This document shows positions 50,366-63,883 of a stretch of 64,000 nt of DNA, piece by piece. The stretch spans positions 17,360,001-17,424,000 of the forward strand of contig OX597834.1 in the NCBI GenBank assembly GCA_951406725.2, given 5' to 3'. A program made the position numbers and the translations under genes. A model generated the notes under the pieces. It did no database searches, had not been told where the DNA came from, and worked only from the letters and a program-made list of their open reading frames with translations. Each line of letters starts with the position of its first letter. Within the stretch, counting starts at the first letter, position 1. The DNA comes from Octopus vulgaris. Its lineage: Eukaryota.

Positions 50366-52978
50366 AGCCTTCCAGTACAATGTCTTCCACCTGCACTCTA
50401 TATCCTTTGTCAATCATACTGGTTATATATCTGGAACTTAGAACAGTGAATCATTCCGTCTTGAATTATATATATATATATTTTCCAACTAGGTGGATGT
50501 TGACTGGACTACAGAGAGTTAAATGTCTTCACAGGCCATTACCTGTTTCCTTAGAGTCTGGATTTTTCCTTGTAGGTAACCAAGCAGTTTTTCCTTTGAT
50601 GACTGTTCAATTCATTTAGTTTGTTGTTTGTTCAATGGACTAATCCAGCATATTGTGTTTTAGTGAATGAAATATTGAATAAAATATTGATTTCTTTCAT
50701 CAACATAGAATAAGTAAAGTTAGTTAGTGACATAGTCAAAAGAAATTTTCAGCTCTCTTTCGCTGAGGACGATAAGAGAGGATTTAATGCTGAAACCGAT
50801 ACATGTAGCTGTGATCATTTATGTATCAGTTTTAATAAAGTTAGTTTCTCATTTAACCTTTTCTGTCCAAAGCACTTTCTTAAGTTTGTCTAAAATATCC
50901 ATGTTTGTTTCCAAACGTTTGGCCGCAGTCAAATGACTGAAACAAGTAAGAGAGTAAAAGAGTAAGAGTATTCAGCTGCAGGAACCTTGCCATAGCAGAA
51001 ACTAGAGGATGATGCAGTCCTTGGGCCTACCAGATCTTGTTAACCCATCCAAGCCAAAACATTCCAGTTGCTGCTGCTGCTGTTTGTTTGCTTGTTTGTT
51101 GAGCGTAGCGGTCTTCATCCCATGTAGTTGGAGAAGTCCAAAACGTGGTCCTTTGCTATTCATAAGACCTGCAGAAGAGAAAGCAGGTCAACCCCCCGAC
51201 ACCGAAAGCATCGATGGATGGATGAATGCGCATCCAGGATCAGCGGTTGTGTAGGAAGTCAGGGACAAGAAACAGGAAGAAAGAGTGAGAGAAAGTTGGA
51301 GTGAAAGAGTACAACAGGGGTCGCCATCCCTCCCCCTGCCAGAGCCTCATGGAGCTTCAGGTGTTTTTGTTCAATAAACACACACAACGCCTGCTCTGGG
51401 AATCGAAACCGCAATCCTCCGACTATGAGTCCACTGCCCTAACCATTAGGCCATTGCACCTCCACTGTTGCTGCTTTGCAAGAGTCCTGCGCTGGTTCCA
51501 CATAAGATGCACAAGTGCTGGGGCTGTGTAAAAGCACTCTTGCCAATGCCATGTTAAAAGCACCCATCACATGGTATAAAATGGTTGGCATTCGGAAGGG
51601 CATCCAGCCAGAGAAACCAAGCCAAATCAGACTGGAACCTGGTGCAACTCTCTGGTTTGCCATCCAACTCATGCCAGCACGGAAAACTGACGTTAAATGA
51701 TGATGATGGTGGTGGTGGTGGTGATGGTGATGATGATGATGTTGGTGACGGTGATGATGATGATGATTTTGTTCTTCCTTTGACATGCCCTGCTGCTGTC
51801 ATGAACATGGGGAAGAAATATTTCAGTGTTTTGCACACAGAACATGAAGCCAAACAAGCTGTCCATTCATCTGTTGCTGGTTACCCACAGCCTTCCTCAT
51901 TGATGAAACTGCTGTCTAACATCAAAGTTTACATAACAGAACAGGACAGAACAGGACAGAACATTCTCTGCTAACCTAGTTATCAATGTCATTTCGTGTA
52001 ACAAAGCATTGATTTAATTGAAATTTAAACTCGCCTCCCATCTGATTCTAGCCAAACATGTCAGACTTAGCAGCAGCTGTTACCTGAAATGTCAATAACC
52101 TACACATCTGGTAATTAAAGATCACAGGAAGGGCAAAAGTGCTGAGGCCACAAAGTCTGAATATTAGCTCTAGAGTATAGAAAATCAGAGAATTTTTATT
52201 TCTATTGAAGCTGATATCAATTGATATAGGAACACACCTTCCATCTTTTGTCTTTATTCTTTAGTCTTTTATCTTTTACTTGTTTTAGTCATTGGACTGT
52301 GGCCATGCTGGAGCACTGCTTTAAAGAGTCTTTTAATCAAACAAATCAACCCCACTACTTAACTAAGGCTGGTGCTTATTCTGTTGGTGTGTTTTGCCAA
52401 ACCACTAATTTGCAGGGATGTAAACAAACCTGCACCAGTTGTCAGGTGGTGGTGGTGATGGCGGGGAGAAACACAAAGCCACACATATGCACACACATAT
52501 ACATGCATAGCCTTACTACCAGCGTAACCTTACTGGCACTTGTGCCAGTGGCACGTGAACAAAACATTTGAGTGAGGTCGTTATCTGTGCTGCTGGACTG
52601 ACTCCTGTGCAGGTGGCACATAAAAAACACCATTTGAGTGTAGCTGTCACCAGTACTGCCTGACTGACCCCCATGCCGGTGGTACGTAAAAGCACCTACT
52701 ACACTCTCGGAGTGGTTGGCATTAGGAAGGGCATCCAGCTGTAGAAACTCTGCCAGATCAGATTGGAGCCTGGTGCAGCCATCTGGTTCGCTTAATTGGA
52801 GGCCCAACCTTCGAAGTTCTTTCACAGGGCTTGGCAAAACTGAAGGACCACTGCAATAAGTGTGTGAATCTGAGAGGGAGATATGTTGAATAAAATCATA
52901 ATTAACTGATCCTCCTGTATTTTCTTTTTTATCTAAAGCCAGGAACTTTTCAGCACCCTCTCATGTATGTATGTATAT

Positions 52979-53315
52979 GGTACACGGACAGGATGCTGAA
53001 TGCAGTTTTGCTGAAGGACAAGAAGCCGAAGGGACACAATACCGAATGGGCATCAAGCCAAATGGATAAGATACTGAAAAGACATACGAAAATTAAAATT
53101 TAATCTTGTTAAATCTTAAGTACCAAATTGGTGATTTGGTCATTAAACTATGTAGGTAAGAATGTTCTTTTTTATTATTGTGACCGTTTGGCTGTATGTC
53201 CATTCGGCATTGTATCCATTCAGCTTTATGTCCACTTGGCATTTGTCTATTTGGATTCTTGGCTTCAGCCTCTTGCCTTTTGGCAAAAGTACATTGGGCA
53301 TCCTGTCCATGCACG
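52979..53315. mobile_element. Foldback-type MITE with ~15-bp subterminal repeats
   Basis: Ends GTACACGGACAGGATGC / GCATCCTGTCCATGCAC; repeated CCGAATGG-like units on the left and their complements on the right. Confidence 0.6.
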
Positions 53316-53324
53316 ATGTATGTA

Positions 53325-54157
53325 CGTATGTTATAGACAAGTTTATCTACCTGGGCAGTACACTTAGCCGTTCGTGCTTCCTGGATGATGAAATATCTTT
53401 CAGGCTGCAGAAAGCTACTGATTCCTTCCTGTCTCTTCAGTCTTGTATCTGGTCCCAGCATGGCATCACAAAGCAAGCAAAAATTGCTGTGTACTGTGCA
53501 TGTGTACTGACATCATTCCTTTACTTATGTGAGACATGGACCCTTTACAAATGTCATGTAAGAATCCTTGAACGCTTACATCAGAGATGTCTCAGACACA
53601 TTCTGAATGTTTGCTGGAACTTAAAAACTCCAGACACACAGGTCCTGAGGACAGCTGACATCTTGAGTATTGAGGTGATGGTGCACAAGCACCGGTTATG
53701 TTGGACTGGACACCTTATAAAAATGAAGGATAGCAGAATCCCTAAGCAGATGCTATATGGGGGACTTGTGAATGGAAAGAAATCTTGGCAGAAATGAAGG
53801 CCACAATTGAAGGACTGTGTCAAGTCCTCATTAAAGACCTGTGATATGCAGGAGACTGACTGGGAGAGCAGTGCCTGTCATCGCTACAGATGGAGGAAGC
53901 AGGTTAAGGAAGGGGTCGCCACTTTTGAGAGAGGGCACATATTCTGCATGAAGAACTTCAGCATGCTGCTCGAAAGCACACTGCTGGTGTAGTGAATTGG
54001 GAAAGCTTGGTTTGCAATGTTTGCAGTCGTGTATGCTTGTCAAGAGCAGGGCTCATTGCCACCAACGGGGCCACAAATGCAAAATATAAGTCCTTTAGCG
54101 CATAATGTTCCTAAAGGTTAGCATTGGTCTTCCTTGATCACGAGTGGATGGCCATCA
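53325..54157 (+). mobile_element. RTE (BovB-like) LINE 3' part
   Basis: VIDKFIYLGSTLS...DDEISFRLQKA...KIAVY...LYLCETWTLY...HQRCLRHIL...RIPKQMLYG, frameshifted. Confidence 0.88.
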
Positions 54158-54935
54158 TGTATGTATGTATGTAATGTATATATGTCATATATATATGTAT
54201 ATATATATGTGTGTGTATGTTTGTGTGTCTGTGTTTGTCCCCTTAGCATTGCTTGACAACCGATGCTGGTGTGTTTACATCGCCGTCACTTAGCAGTTCG
54301 GCAAAAGAGACCGATAGAATAAGTACTGGGCTTACAAAGAATAAGTCCTGGGGTTGATTTGTTCGACTAAAGGTGGTGCTCCAGCATGGCCGCAGTCAAA
54401 TGACTGAAACAAGTAAAAGAGTAAAAGAGTATGTATGTATGTATGTATGCACATATGTATGTATATATGTACGTATGTATGTATGTATGTATGTGCGTAT
54501 ATATATTATGTATTTATATATGAGGAAGAGGTGCTGAAAAGAATATCGTGAAAGGCCTGATTGGAGGCACAACCCTCCAAGTTCTTTTACAGGGCTTAGA
54601 AAAACTGACAGACTGCTGCAATAAGCATGTGAATCTGAGAGGAGGATATGTTGAATTAACTCATAATTAACTAATCCCCCTTTATATTCTTTTCCCCAAA
54701 GCCAGGAACTTTTCAACACTCCCTCATAAGTACCAGCTGAACCCTGGGATTGATGTAATCGACGTCCCTGCTCTTCAAGTTTACTGGCTTTCATCCAAAA
54801 TAAGAAAGGATTATTTGTAATAAAATAGAAGCAGTCAATTCAAGTTTCTCCCCAAATGAATTGTAAAACTTAGGAGGTAACAAATTTTTGCTAGAAATAT
54901 TATCACGAAGGTTTAAAAATAAAAAGTTACTCCTG

Positions 54936-54968
<33 letters not shown>

Positions 54969-55600
54969 CAAAAAGCATCAAAATGACTTTGGGTTTAAAA
55001 ACAAAAATTTGCTAATGTATTTTTAGCAGTAACCTGTACATTTTAATAGCAGCAATCTGTAAATCTGTCTGAGAAAAAAATCCCACAATAATCAATAAAC
55101 TTTAACTTTTGACCAATGCAATTAATTCTCTCCAGTATGTTATTGAATTTGTATAATGTAAAGCTGATGAGCAGCTTGAAATTTAATTTGAAATTGAAAC
55201 CAACTGAATCAGTGAAAAAATTTTTTAATGATTTCTTTTGGTCCAGGCATGGCCGTGTGGTTAAGGAGTTTACTTTGCAATCGTGTAGCAATCATATGGG
55301 TCCAGTCCCACTGTGTGCTTGTGTGGTACTTTGGGTACTATACTTTTACTATAGACCTGGGTTGACAATACCTTGTGAGTGAATATAATAGATGGAAGCT
55401 GTGTGAATGGGCATTGTATATATGTGTGTGTATGGCACGTAAAAAGCACTCACTACACTCTTGGAGTCGTTGGAGTTAAGAAGGGCATCCAGCCGTAGAA
55501 ACATTGCCAGATCAGACTGGGCCTTGTGCAGCCTTCTGGCTTCCCAGACCCCAGTTGAACCGTCCAACCCATGCTAGCATGGAAAGCGGATGCTAAATGA

Positions 55601-55658
<58 letters not shown>

Positions 55659-55669
55659 ATACATATATG

Positions 55670-55703
<34 letters not shown>

Positions 55704-56755
55704 TGTATATAAGGATCCCCTTCTGCCATGAATGACAATGGGATTGCACCCCTGTGGCACAAGTCTGGGCAAGGTTGTTTATGGAAGACCAGCAGTCACC
55801 TATTCAAAACCAGCTTCCCCTCTTCATGCCACTGATGTTATCTAAGGGAAAACAATAGCCAATACAGCTTGGCACCAGTGACATCGCAACTCATTTCTAC
55901 AGCTGAGTGAACTGGAGCAACGTGAAATTAAAGTTTTGCTTAAGAACACAACACTTATTCTTTTGGTCCCTTTTTGCTGGACAGCTATGTTATGGGGGGG
56001 AGGACTGTAAACAAGCCAACATTGGTTATCAAGTGGTGGGGACACACAAATACACACACATATATGTAACAGGGATTCCTCACATTTTCCATCCACTGAA
56101 TTCACTTTCAAGACATTGCTCTGGCTGGGACAATAGCAGAAGACCCTTGGTCATGATGCTGTGATGTGAGACAGAGCTTGGGAACACATGGTTGCAAAGC
56201 AAGCTTCTTAGCCATACAGCTTTGCCTAATGATGTGAAGGTGATGATTCATTTCCTCTCTAGACAACAGGAGTTCTGCGTAAGGTGATCAGACAGGCTTA
56301 CATTGGAGTGATTCACTCTGACGTACGGTCACCCAATCATACTTTCAGATAGACATCATCATCATCATCATCATCATCATCACTTTCACCATCACTACCA
56401 CTATCACCACTATTACCACCACCATTACCATCACCATCTACATCATCATCATCATCATCATCATCATCTTCATTCACATCCTCGTCGTTGTTGTCATTCG
56501 TCCTCCTACTACTCCTCCCCAGTATCACCACTGCTGTTGCTACCACCATCACTCTATACTTGGAATGACCAATTTTAAATACTAATGGAACTTACTCACA
56601 AGGTATTGGAATCTTATATGTAAACCAGTCTGCCTAAATAATGGATCTACAGATGCAATATCCCTGCATATCTCATGTCTATTTTCATTCTTCCACTTCA
56701 CTTTCTATTTCATATCTTATCTACAATAACTATTGCTTAACCATTTTCTCACACC

Positions 56756-56803
56756 GTCTCTGATGAAGGGATATATAAAATATCCTGGAAACAGCTGTAA
56801 GAC
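56756..56803 (+). ncRNA. Minimal type-I hammerhead ribozyme (Penelope/retrozyme type)
   Basis: GTCT-CTGATGA-A-GGGATAT(ataaa)ATATCCT-G-GAAAC-AGCT-GTA-AGAC: helix I GTCT/AGAC, intact core, palindromic helix III, GUA cleavage triplet. Confidence 0.85.
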
Positions 56804-57021
56804 CTCCTATTTATAAATGTTCTAAAATCTTTCACAGCCTTGGATTTTTATCTCATTCTGAAAATTTTTTTATATATACACATTCTGATATATGACCTAC
56901 GTTGGACTCCTCATTCGCATAATCACTGAACCTGGAGCTTAATTATAGTCTGTCCATAGCACTTACTCAACATTACCTGACACCTTTAGGTCTTATTCAC
57001 ACCATTACCTTTCATAACCTC

Positions 57022-57357
57022 TATGTATGTATGTATGTATGTATGTATGTATGTATGTATGTATGTATGTATGTATGTATGTATGTATGTATGTATGTAT
57101 GCATGTATGTATGTATGTATGATTGTATGTATGTATGTATGTATGTATGTATGTATGTATGTATGTATGTATGTATGTATGTATGTATGTATGTATGTAT
57201 GTATGATGTTGTATGTATGTATGTATGTATGTATGTATGTATGTATGTATGTATGTATGTATGTATGTATGTATGTATGTATGTATGTATGTATGATTGT
57301 ATGTATGTATGTATGTATGTATGTATGTGTGTGTGTGTATGTATGTATGTATGTATG
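57022..57357. repeat. (TATG)n microsatellite
   Basis: Seen directly in the sequence. Confidence 0.95.
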
Positions 57358-58101
57358 TTGGGTTTCTTTTGTTTCATGTCAACCAAATCCACTCACAAGG
57401 CTGTGATCAGCCTGGGGCTATAGTAGTAGACATTCTGCCCCAGTTGCTTTGCAGTGGGACTGAACCTGAAACCCTAGTCACACAGCCACAAGATAATGTC
57501 CCAGTCAAAACCCCACTGCCCTATATATATCCCATTTCAATAAATGATTAGACTATTGTCATTAGTGTTTAATTAGCCCACAGGTGGTAGAATGGCAGAA
57601 ATTAGTGAATGGTGGTAGTGGTGGTGGTGGTGAGGGTAGTTGAGGATGGTGCTAGTGGTGGCTGGTGGTGATAGTGGTGGTGTTAAATTGGTCAAGCTGG
57701 GAGACAATACAACATTAAGTGAACCATGACGAGGATGCAAAGACACTTAGGCCATCTTAGAGGGAGAAATAGCTTTTTATTTGGTGTGTCCCCGATTATT
57801 GTGAATATCTGAGTGTGTGCATGTGTGAGTATGTGTATGTGTGTGTGTATGTGTGCATGCATGTGTGTATGTTTGCGTATTGTAATTAGATAACTTATAT
57901 GCTTGACAATGGTTTGTGTTTGTACATCTTTGCATTCAGTTATGATTGTGTCACTCAACGAATGTTTATCGTTGTGTATATAGTTGTATGCATGTCTATA
58001 CATGTCACCCTCTTTCGTTGCCTCACTAAATACATACACACACGCCTGTAGTATATGTACATATATTTATATATATACTTATATATATATATATATATAT
58101 G

Positions 58102-58162
<61 letters not shown>

Positions 58163-59103
58163 TCATCATCATCATCATCGTTTAACGTCCGTTTTCCGCG
58201 CTAGCACGGGTTGGACGGTTCGACCAGGGTCTGGGAAGCCCAGGGGCTGCACCAGGTTCCAGTCTGATCTGGCAGAGTTTCTACAGCTGGATGCCCTTCC
58301 TAACGCCAACCACTCCACGAGCTAGCATGGAAAGCGGACGCTAAACGATGATGATGATGATGATGATGATATATATATATATATGTATATGTTAGCCAAG
58401 TGTACTTTAAAGAACTCTCACACATATATACATTATATATATATATATATGTGTGTATGTATGTATATATATATGTATGTGTATGTATGTTTATGCATAT
58501 ATCATCATCATCATCATCATCATTTAACGTCCGCTTTCCATGCTAGCATGGGTTGGCCGGTTCAACTGGGGTCTGGGAAGCCAGGTGGCTGCACCAAGCC
58601 CAGTCTTGGTAGTGGTGGATGGTGATGGTGATGTTTAATTGGTCAAGCATCATAGGTGCAGGCATGGCTGTGTGGTAAGAAGCTTGCTTCCCAACCACAT
58701 GGTTCCAGGTCCAGTCCCACTCTATGGCACCTTGGGCAAGTGTCTTTTACTATAGCCTTGGGCTAAGTCAGTGGATTTGGTAGACGGAAACTGAAAGAAG
58801 TGTATGTGTGTGTGTGTGTGTGTGTGTCTGTGCGTGTGTGTGTGCGTGTTTGTGTTTCCTTGTTTTAACATCATGTGATAGTTGTAAATGTGTAATGTCA
58901 TTTATTTCCAATATTCTATAAAAGCTTGTCTGGCCATGTGAAAATATAACATTGCTTGGAAACAGTTAAAGGTTGTGGACAGGAAGGGCACCTAAGTGTA
59001 CAAAATCTGCCCCAGTAAACTCCATTCAATTGATGCAAGTATAGAAAAGAAAACATTAGTACAATGATGATGATGGTCATGATGATGCTGATACATGTTC
59101 ATG

Positions 59104-59318
59104 TGAGGGGGTGCTGAAAAGTCCCTGGCTTTAAGGGTATTGCAAAAGGCCTGGTTGGAGGCACAACCTTCTGAGTTTTTTTACAGGGCTTAGAAAAACC
59201 GAAGAACTGCTGCAATAAGTGTGTGAACCTGAGAGGTGAATATTTTCAATAAAATCATAATTAACTGGTCCTCCTGTATTTCCTTCTACCCAAAGCCAGG
59301 AACTTTTCAGCGACCCCT
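59104..59318 (+). mobile_element. Mariner-derived MITE (partial copies ~52790-52942 and ~54525-54725)
   Basis: TIRs GAGGGGGTGCTGAAAAGT.CCTGGCTTT / AAAGCCAGGAACTTTTCAGC; internal FFLQGLEK...NKCVNLRGEY resembles a mariner C-terminus. Confidence 0.75.
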
Positions 59319-60656
59319 AATATTGACTGTAATAATGCAATAAGCAAATGTGCTTCAAGGGGAAACAGCTGGGATTTACCCTATCTACATACTTGGTCTT
59401 GGTGACCCTGCCAGTCCTGACACCACGTAAGAAACATCCAGTCCACACTGTGAAGTGGTTGGCATTTGGAATGGCATCCAGCAGTAAAAATCATGCCAAA
59501 TTGACCTCGCCTGTGCTAGTGCCATGTTAAAAGCACTGAGTCCACTCTGCAGAGTGGTTGGTGTTGGGAAGGGTATCCAGCTGTAAAAATCCTGCCAAAA
59601 CAGACACAGTAGTCTCTACCTGGCTGGCTCTTGTCAACCATCCTATTCATGCATGCATGGAAGATGGATGTTAAATGATGATGATGAAGATACACACGCA
59701 CACATATCATCATCATTTAATGTCTGTCTTCCATGCTAGCACAGGTGGGATGCTTTCACAAGAGCTGGCCATGCAGAAGCTTGCACCAGACTTCTGTAAC
59801 TGTTTTGGTAGGATTTTTACAGCTGGATGCCCTTCCTAACACTAATCACTCAGCAGAGTGGACTTTGTGCTTTTTATGTAGCACAAGCATAGGTGAGGTC
59901 AGTTTTGGCAAGATTTTCACAGCTAGATACTATTCCAAACACCAACCACTTTACAGTGTGGACTGAATGCTTTTAAGTGGCACCTGCACTGACAGGGTCA
60001 CCAAGTACTTGCAAGACAGAAAAAAAACTTTCAAGAGGGGAAGAGGCATTGAAGGAGGTGACTTTGTGTTGGATGATGAAAGGTTATAGTGAGACTGAGA
60101 GACAGAGACATGTGCCTTGGTGTAGAGGAGGTACAAGGTTATCCAGCCGGGGAGAGATGGAGAGACAGAGAGAGAGAAACAGAGAGAGAGAGACAGACAG
60201 AGAGAGAGAGAGAGATCAGGAATTAAGACAGAAACAGGTGTGCTACAGCAAAAGAGATACATGGTTACCCAACCTGAGGGAGGTGCAGAAGAAGGAGAGA
60301 GAGTGGGAAACAGCAGGATAAAGATGGTGGCAAGATGCTGGGCATACTGACAAGGGACGGGGATCAGAATATAAATGGGATGGTTGAGTAAAGGAAGAGC
60401 AGGGCATACCCTTGAGGTTCAAATGCCACAATATAAGTGGAAGGATATTGTGAAGGAAGTGTGATTAAAGGGTGTGGAAGGGAGGGGGAGTAAGTGGCAA
60501 AAAACCTAGGTATATATACAGTCGTCGCGGGGTGGGGGTTACTGTATAGCAATGATATAGAGGAACAGGGTTGTGAGGACAGGATTGGGGTTTGAGAGCT
60601 AGGCACACACACATATATATATACATACACACACATATACACACACACACATATAT

Positions 60657-60698
<42 letters not shown>

Positions 60699-60799
60699 CT
60701 ACATCTATCTATCTATCTATATATATATATAATATGTAATATATATACACACACATATATATACCTACATCTATCTATCTACCTATCTCTCTCTCTCTG

Positions 60800-61179
60800 A
60801 AATCGATCAATGGAAATTGCAGATGTGTTACCAGTGCCGGTGGCATGTAAGAGAACCTTCCGTTTCGCGACCGTTGCCAGCACCGCCCCGTTTCGTGTCC
60901 GTTGCCAGCCTCGCCTGGCCCTCGTGCCGGTGGCACATAAAAAGCACCATCCGTTCGTGGCCGTTTGCCAGCTCTGTCTGGCACCTGTGCAGGTGGCACG
61001 TAAAAAGCACCCACTACACTCTCGGAGTGGTTGGCGTTAGGAAGGGCATCCAGCCGTAGAAACACTGCCAGATTTGACTGGGCCTGATGAAGCCTTCTGG
61101 CTTCACAGACCCCAGTAGAACCGTCCAACCCATGCTAGCATGGAAAACGGACGCTAAACGATGATGATGATGATGATGA

Positions 61180-61181
<2 letters not shown>
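60800..61181 (+). mobile_element. Retroposon family C, long young copy
   Basis: Three GTGGCAC-type modules, CpG-rich, (GAT)n tail abutting (TA)n. Confidence 0.8.
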
Positions 61182-61230
<49 letters not shown>

Positions 61231-61498
61231 AGCACATATATCTATATATATATATGCACATGTATATGTTTTTGTATTTGTCTACAAGTCTGAACAGATC
61301 ATTGTGTCTATCCATATCTTTGTTCTCACATTATATATATATATATATATATATATATTTCTGAGTATCTCAGCATTCATCATTGTATGTGGTTAATTTT
61401 TGCACAAGTGTATATGCATGGTTACATATATATGTGTGTGTGTGTGAATATTTGTATATGAGTAGGTGTATGTATGCATGTGTACATGTATGTGTACT

Positions 61499-61531
<33 letters not shown>

Positions 61532-61536
61532 GTATA

Positions 61537-61582
<46 letters not shown>

Positions 61583-61879
61583 CTGTGTGTACATATGAAC
61601 ACGCAGCTGAATGTAAACACTTCTATTTTTATTTGTTTTTGTTGGGCTGTGTTGGTCAGTTGTCCAAGTTTCTATATTGATTCCATCCAACGATCGCTTG
61701 TTGAATAGCCTCTAGAAACTCTCACAGAGCCACTTAGATGTATCCGCACTCATACACACACACACACACACACGCACACACACACACACAAACACACACA
61801 CATACACACAAACACACACACACATTCTACACACTTCCTTTAGACATATTTATATCACCACAGTTTGTTTTATGCTCTG

Positions 61880-61926
<47 letters not shown>

Positions 61927-62060
61927 CACTACTACTACTGCTGCTGCTGCTGCCACCGCCGCCACCGGCACTACCTCCGCCGCCACCGCTGCTGCCACCA
62001 CACCACCACCACCACCACCACCACCATACTACTACTACTACTACTGTTGCTGTTGTTGTT
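61880..62060. repeat. Compound trinucleotide tract (CTA/CTG/CCG/CCA)
   Basis: Seen directly in the sequence. Confidence 0.9.
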
Positions 62061-62499
62061 TCTAAGTATATTGTCAAATTGAGATTGATGAAACGGTGAA
62101 ATGTGACAGCCAAGAGATACTGAAGAGTTGTTTTAATGTAATCCAATCTAGTTATGGTTCGCATACAATTACAGGGGATGGTTGTTTGGTGTTGTTGTTG
62201 TTGTTGTTGTTTAGCCCCAGGTCAGTTGAACTAACCGGACCTACGATGAAAATTGTCCAGTCATAACTATCCTGCTTTGTGCTTTTCACACAGTGTAAAC
62301 CTGACGAGTAACTCCACGGGTGTTGGTGGCAGAAAAAAGATAGAAGCACCCAGTTCACACTGTAGAGCGGTTGTTGGCATTAGGAAGGGCACCCAGCCAT
62401 AGCGCTCCATATTGAAGGTAATCATGGAGCACAATGAGGACCAGTGCCTCACCAGATCCTGTCAAACTGTGCAACCCATGTATGGAAAACAAACCTTAA

Positions 62500-62532
62500 A
62501 TGATGGTGGTGATGATGATGATGATGATGATA

Positions 62533-62565
<33 letters not shown>

Positions 62566-62645
62566 GTGATGATGATGATGGTGATGGTGATGATCATGAT
62601 GATCATGATGGTGATGGTGATGATCATGATGATGGTGATGATGAA
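62500..62645. repeat. (GAT)n-rich tract, expanded family C tail
   Basis: Seen directly in the sequence. Confidence 0.9.
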
Positions 62646-62990
62646 GGAAAGTATTGCTCCCTCATGCATCTCAGCTGGTGCTGTTGCTATGCACCCAGAC
62701 AATCTTGGACCACATCCAGAGAAAGTGGGATTGGATTTGTGCAAATTCTTTCCCCCACTATAAAATGTCCATCATGCACAAGGCATCGCTTGAAAGAAAA
62801 AGAGGAAGACCTATCACAAAAGGGTCGGTTGTAGCCTTTGCATGTGTGGGACTTTTGATCAGGTGACGGCAATATTCATACACGAGTTTGTAGCTGTCAT
62901 GAATATATATATATATATTTATACCCATACATGTATATTTATATATGTATATAGTAAGTAAACAAAGAATAAATATGTATATACATACAT

Positions 62991-63021
<31 letters not shown>

Positions 63022-63344
63022 AAGGCCTCCCTTGGCACCTATGCCAGTGGCACATAAAAAGCGCCAACCGATCGTGGCTGTTGCCAGCCAACCCTGGCAC
63101 CAGGGCCAGTGGCATGTGAAAAGCACCATCCGTATGTGGCCAATGCCAGCGCTGCTTTGACTAAAAAGCACCCACTACACTCACGGAGTGGTTGGCGTTA
63201 GGAAGGGCATCCAGCTGTAGAAACACTGCCAGATTAGACTGGAGCCTGGTGCAGCCTCCTGACTTCCTAGACCCCGGTCGAACCGTCCAACCCATGCTGG
63301 CATGAAAAACGGATGTTAAACAATGATGATGATGATGATGAAAG

Positions 63345-63456
63345 ATATATTTATACATATCTATGTATGTATATGTATATATGTATGTATATATCTATAT
63401 ATGTGTCTATCTATCTGTCTGTCTGTCTGTCTATCTATCAATCTATCTATCTATCA

Positions 63457-63493
<37 letters not shown>

Positions 63494-63521
63494 TATATAT
63501 ACATATATATATACACACACA

Positions 63522-63559
<38 letters not shown>

Positions 63560-63604
63560 CATATATAGATACACATATATATATATATATATACATATAT
63601 ATAT

Positions 63605-63665
<61 letters not shown>

Positions 63666-63733
63666 TACATACATACATGTGCATATACATATATATGCAT
63701 ACACACACACATATGTATATGTATTATATATAT
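63345..63733. repeat. (TA)n-rich compound microsatellite
   Basis: Seen directly in the sequence. Confidence 0.9.
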
Positions 63734-63800
63734 AAATAATAAGGAGGAAATGGGGAAGTAATTAATAAAATATTATTTATTAATTGTAAAATGACAACAT

Positions 63801-63883
63801 CTCTGACAGCTGTTTCGATTCAGTTATCTTTAGATAATTAATTTACAAAATTAAAATCATTATAAGATGAATCTCTTCAGAGG
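63801..63883 (-). ncRNA. Minimal type-I hammerhead ribozyme
   Basis: Minus strand reads CCT-CTGAAGA-GATTCA...TGAATC-GAAAC-AGCT-GTC-AGAG: 6-bp helix II, palindromic helix III, GUC triplet, weak helix I. Confidence 0.8.

Noticed and set aside
50762-50815. Possible hammerhead CTGAGGA...GAAACCGAT (similar weak cases at ~16169-16200 and ~24125-24150)
   Set aside because: Helices I and II and the cleavage triplet cannot be formed convincingly; at most highly decayed remnants.
53162-53797. 211-aa ORF as a host gene
   Set aside because: Chimera of a foldback MITE and a frameshifted RTE LINE fragment.
55035-55069. Possible minus-strand exon TDLQIAAIKMY after a TTTTTTCTCAG acceptor
   Set aside because: Weak donor (GTTACT), no recognisable homology and no partner exons.
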